Part shown: piece after piece, positions 63,419-64,000 of the stretch
Layout of the letters: the number at the start of each line of letters is the position of its first letter
How positions within the stretch are numbered: the stretch's first letter is position 1
DNA from: Candidatus Kuenenia stuttgartensis
GTDB taxonomy: Bacteria; Planctomycetota; GCA-002687715; CAIWVZ01
Reading direction: 5' to 3'
DNA length: 64,000 nucleotides
Assembly (NCBI GenBank): GCA_945860915.1
Contig: CAMARR010000001.1
Location: 287,277-351,276 of the forward strand
The notes under the pieces: model-generated
Seen by the model: the letters and a program-made list of their open reading frames with translations, nothing else
What the model was told of the DNA's origin: nothing
Databases searched by the model: none
Program-made: the position numbers and the translations under genes

Positions 63419-64000
63419 ATGATCGAGGGGATTCAAACAACTCCGACGCGTCGACCGGCTGTTCTATTAATCGATGGTTCGGCTCTCGCTTACCGAGCGC
63501 ACTTTGCGATGGCACGATCGGGCCTATCTTTGGCCGACGGGACCTCCGTTGGTGCCGTGTTTGGATTCGCCAATGAACTTCACCGCATTCTGTCTGCGGT
63601 CGCACCGACCCATGCGGCCATGGTTTTCGACACCAAAGAACCGACCTTTCGCCATGCTCTCTATGCGGAATACAAAGCCACGCGAGAGAAAATGCCAGAA
63701 GAGCTAGTAAGTCAACTTATCTGGCTTGACCGCGTCTCCGAGGCTCTGGGACTGCAGGTCCTAAGGCTCCCGGGCCATGAGGCCGACGACGTCATCGGCG
63801 CCTTGGCCAAGACAGCGACCGAACGTGCGCTTCCGACTCTCATCGTCACCGGCGACAAAGATCTTTGTCAATTAGTCAACGAACATGTCCGAATCTGGGT
63901 GCCGTCACGCGATGGCGGGGAGCCCACGGAACTCGACAAGGCCGGGGTGGTTGCTCGGCTCGGAGTCGCGCCAAACCGTGTTGTCGACTATTTGTCGCTC
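63419..64000 (+). CDS. polA: DNA polymerase I, 5'-3' exonuclease domain (continues beyond the window end)
   Basis: Hand translation from ATG 63419: MIEGIQTTPTRRPAVLLIDGSALAYRAHFA...YKATREKMPEEL...GHEADDVIGALA...IVTGDKDLCQLV. SD-like AGGGGG 9 nt upstream. It is not in the ORF track because there is no stop in the window. Confidence 0.9.
   Translation, partial: MIEGIQTTPTRRPAVLLIDGSALAYRAHFAMARSGLSLADGTSVGAVFGFANELHRILSAVAPTHAAMVFDTKEPTFRHALYAEYKATREKMPEELVSQLIWLDRVSEALGLQVLRLPGHEADDVIGALAKTATERALPTLIVTGDKDLCQLVNEHVRIWVPSRDGGEPTELDKAGVVARLGVAPNRVVDYLSL

Overview
GC-rich (roughly 60 percent by eye) bacterial chromosome segment. It is very densely coding: about 55 protein genes and one tRNA. I see no rRNA, CRISPR array, transposase, integrase or phage genes. 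Most content is core housekeeping of a diderm bacterium. In order: mfd (partial), rnc and dgt; a potABCD polyamine importer extended by a Tat-signal flavoprotein, a Trp-rich membrane protein and an MFS pump; nadD, hisS, miaA; mutL and holA; ruvB, spoIID and tgt; larC; sugar and amino-acid enzymes; a non-classical glycogen cluster (GH15, glgC, glgA, GH57); a FecCD/BtuF-type ABC importer; tRNA-Ala(GGC), rpmG, cutA, lolD/E; and the 5' end of polA. The gene style (Lol system, many lipoproteins, a YVTN-propeller lipoprotein, a HEAT-repeat protein, a giant Ser/Thr kinase, GH57 plus a DUF4912-like domain) is reminiscent of Planctomycetota/PVC-like lineages, but taxonomy cannot be established from this window. 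I found no clear mobile or defence island. The most unusual items are: (1) a 1,799-aa Ser/Thr kinase + STAND ATPase + TPR + GAF + histidine kinase + receiver fusion, coupled to a HEAT-repeat gene; (2) GlgA carrying a DUF4912-like C-terminal tail next to GH57; (3) a GCS2 + ATP-grasp amidoligase pair inserted inside the glycogen cluster; (4) a small His-cluster/CxxC protein paired with a coiled-coil beta-barrel protein; (5) a recurring decamer GCGCTAG(C/A)AT abutting start codons; (6) extreme compaction, with chains of 4-nt start/stop overlaps and convergent genes sharing stop codons. The ORF track reports longest ATG/GTG/TTG ORFs, so I trimmed several starts by hand and those starts are uncertain. 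All family assignments are motif recognition by eye, not database searches.
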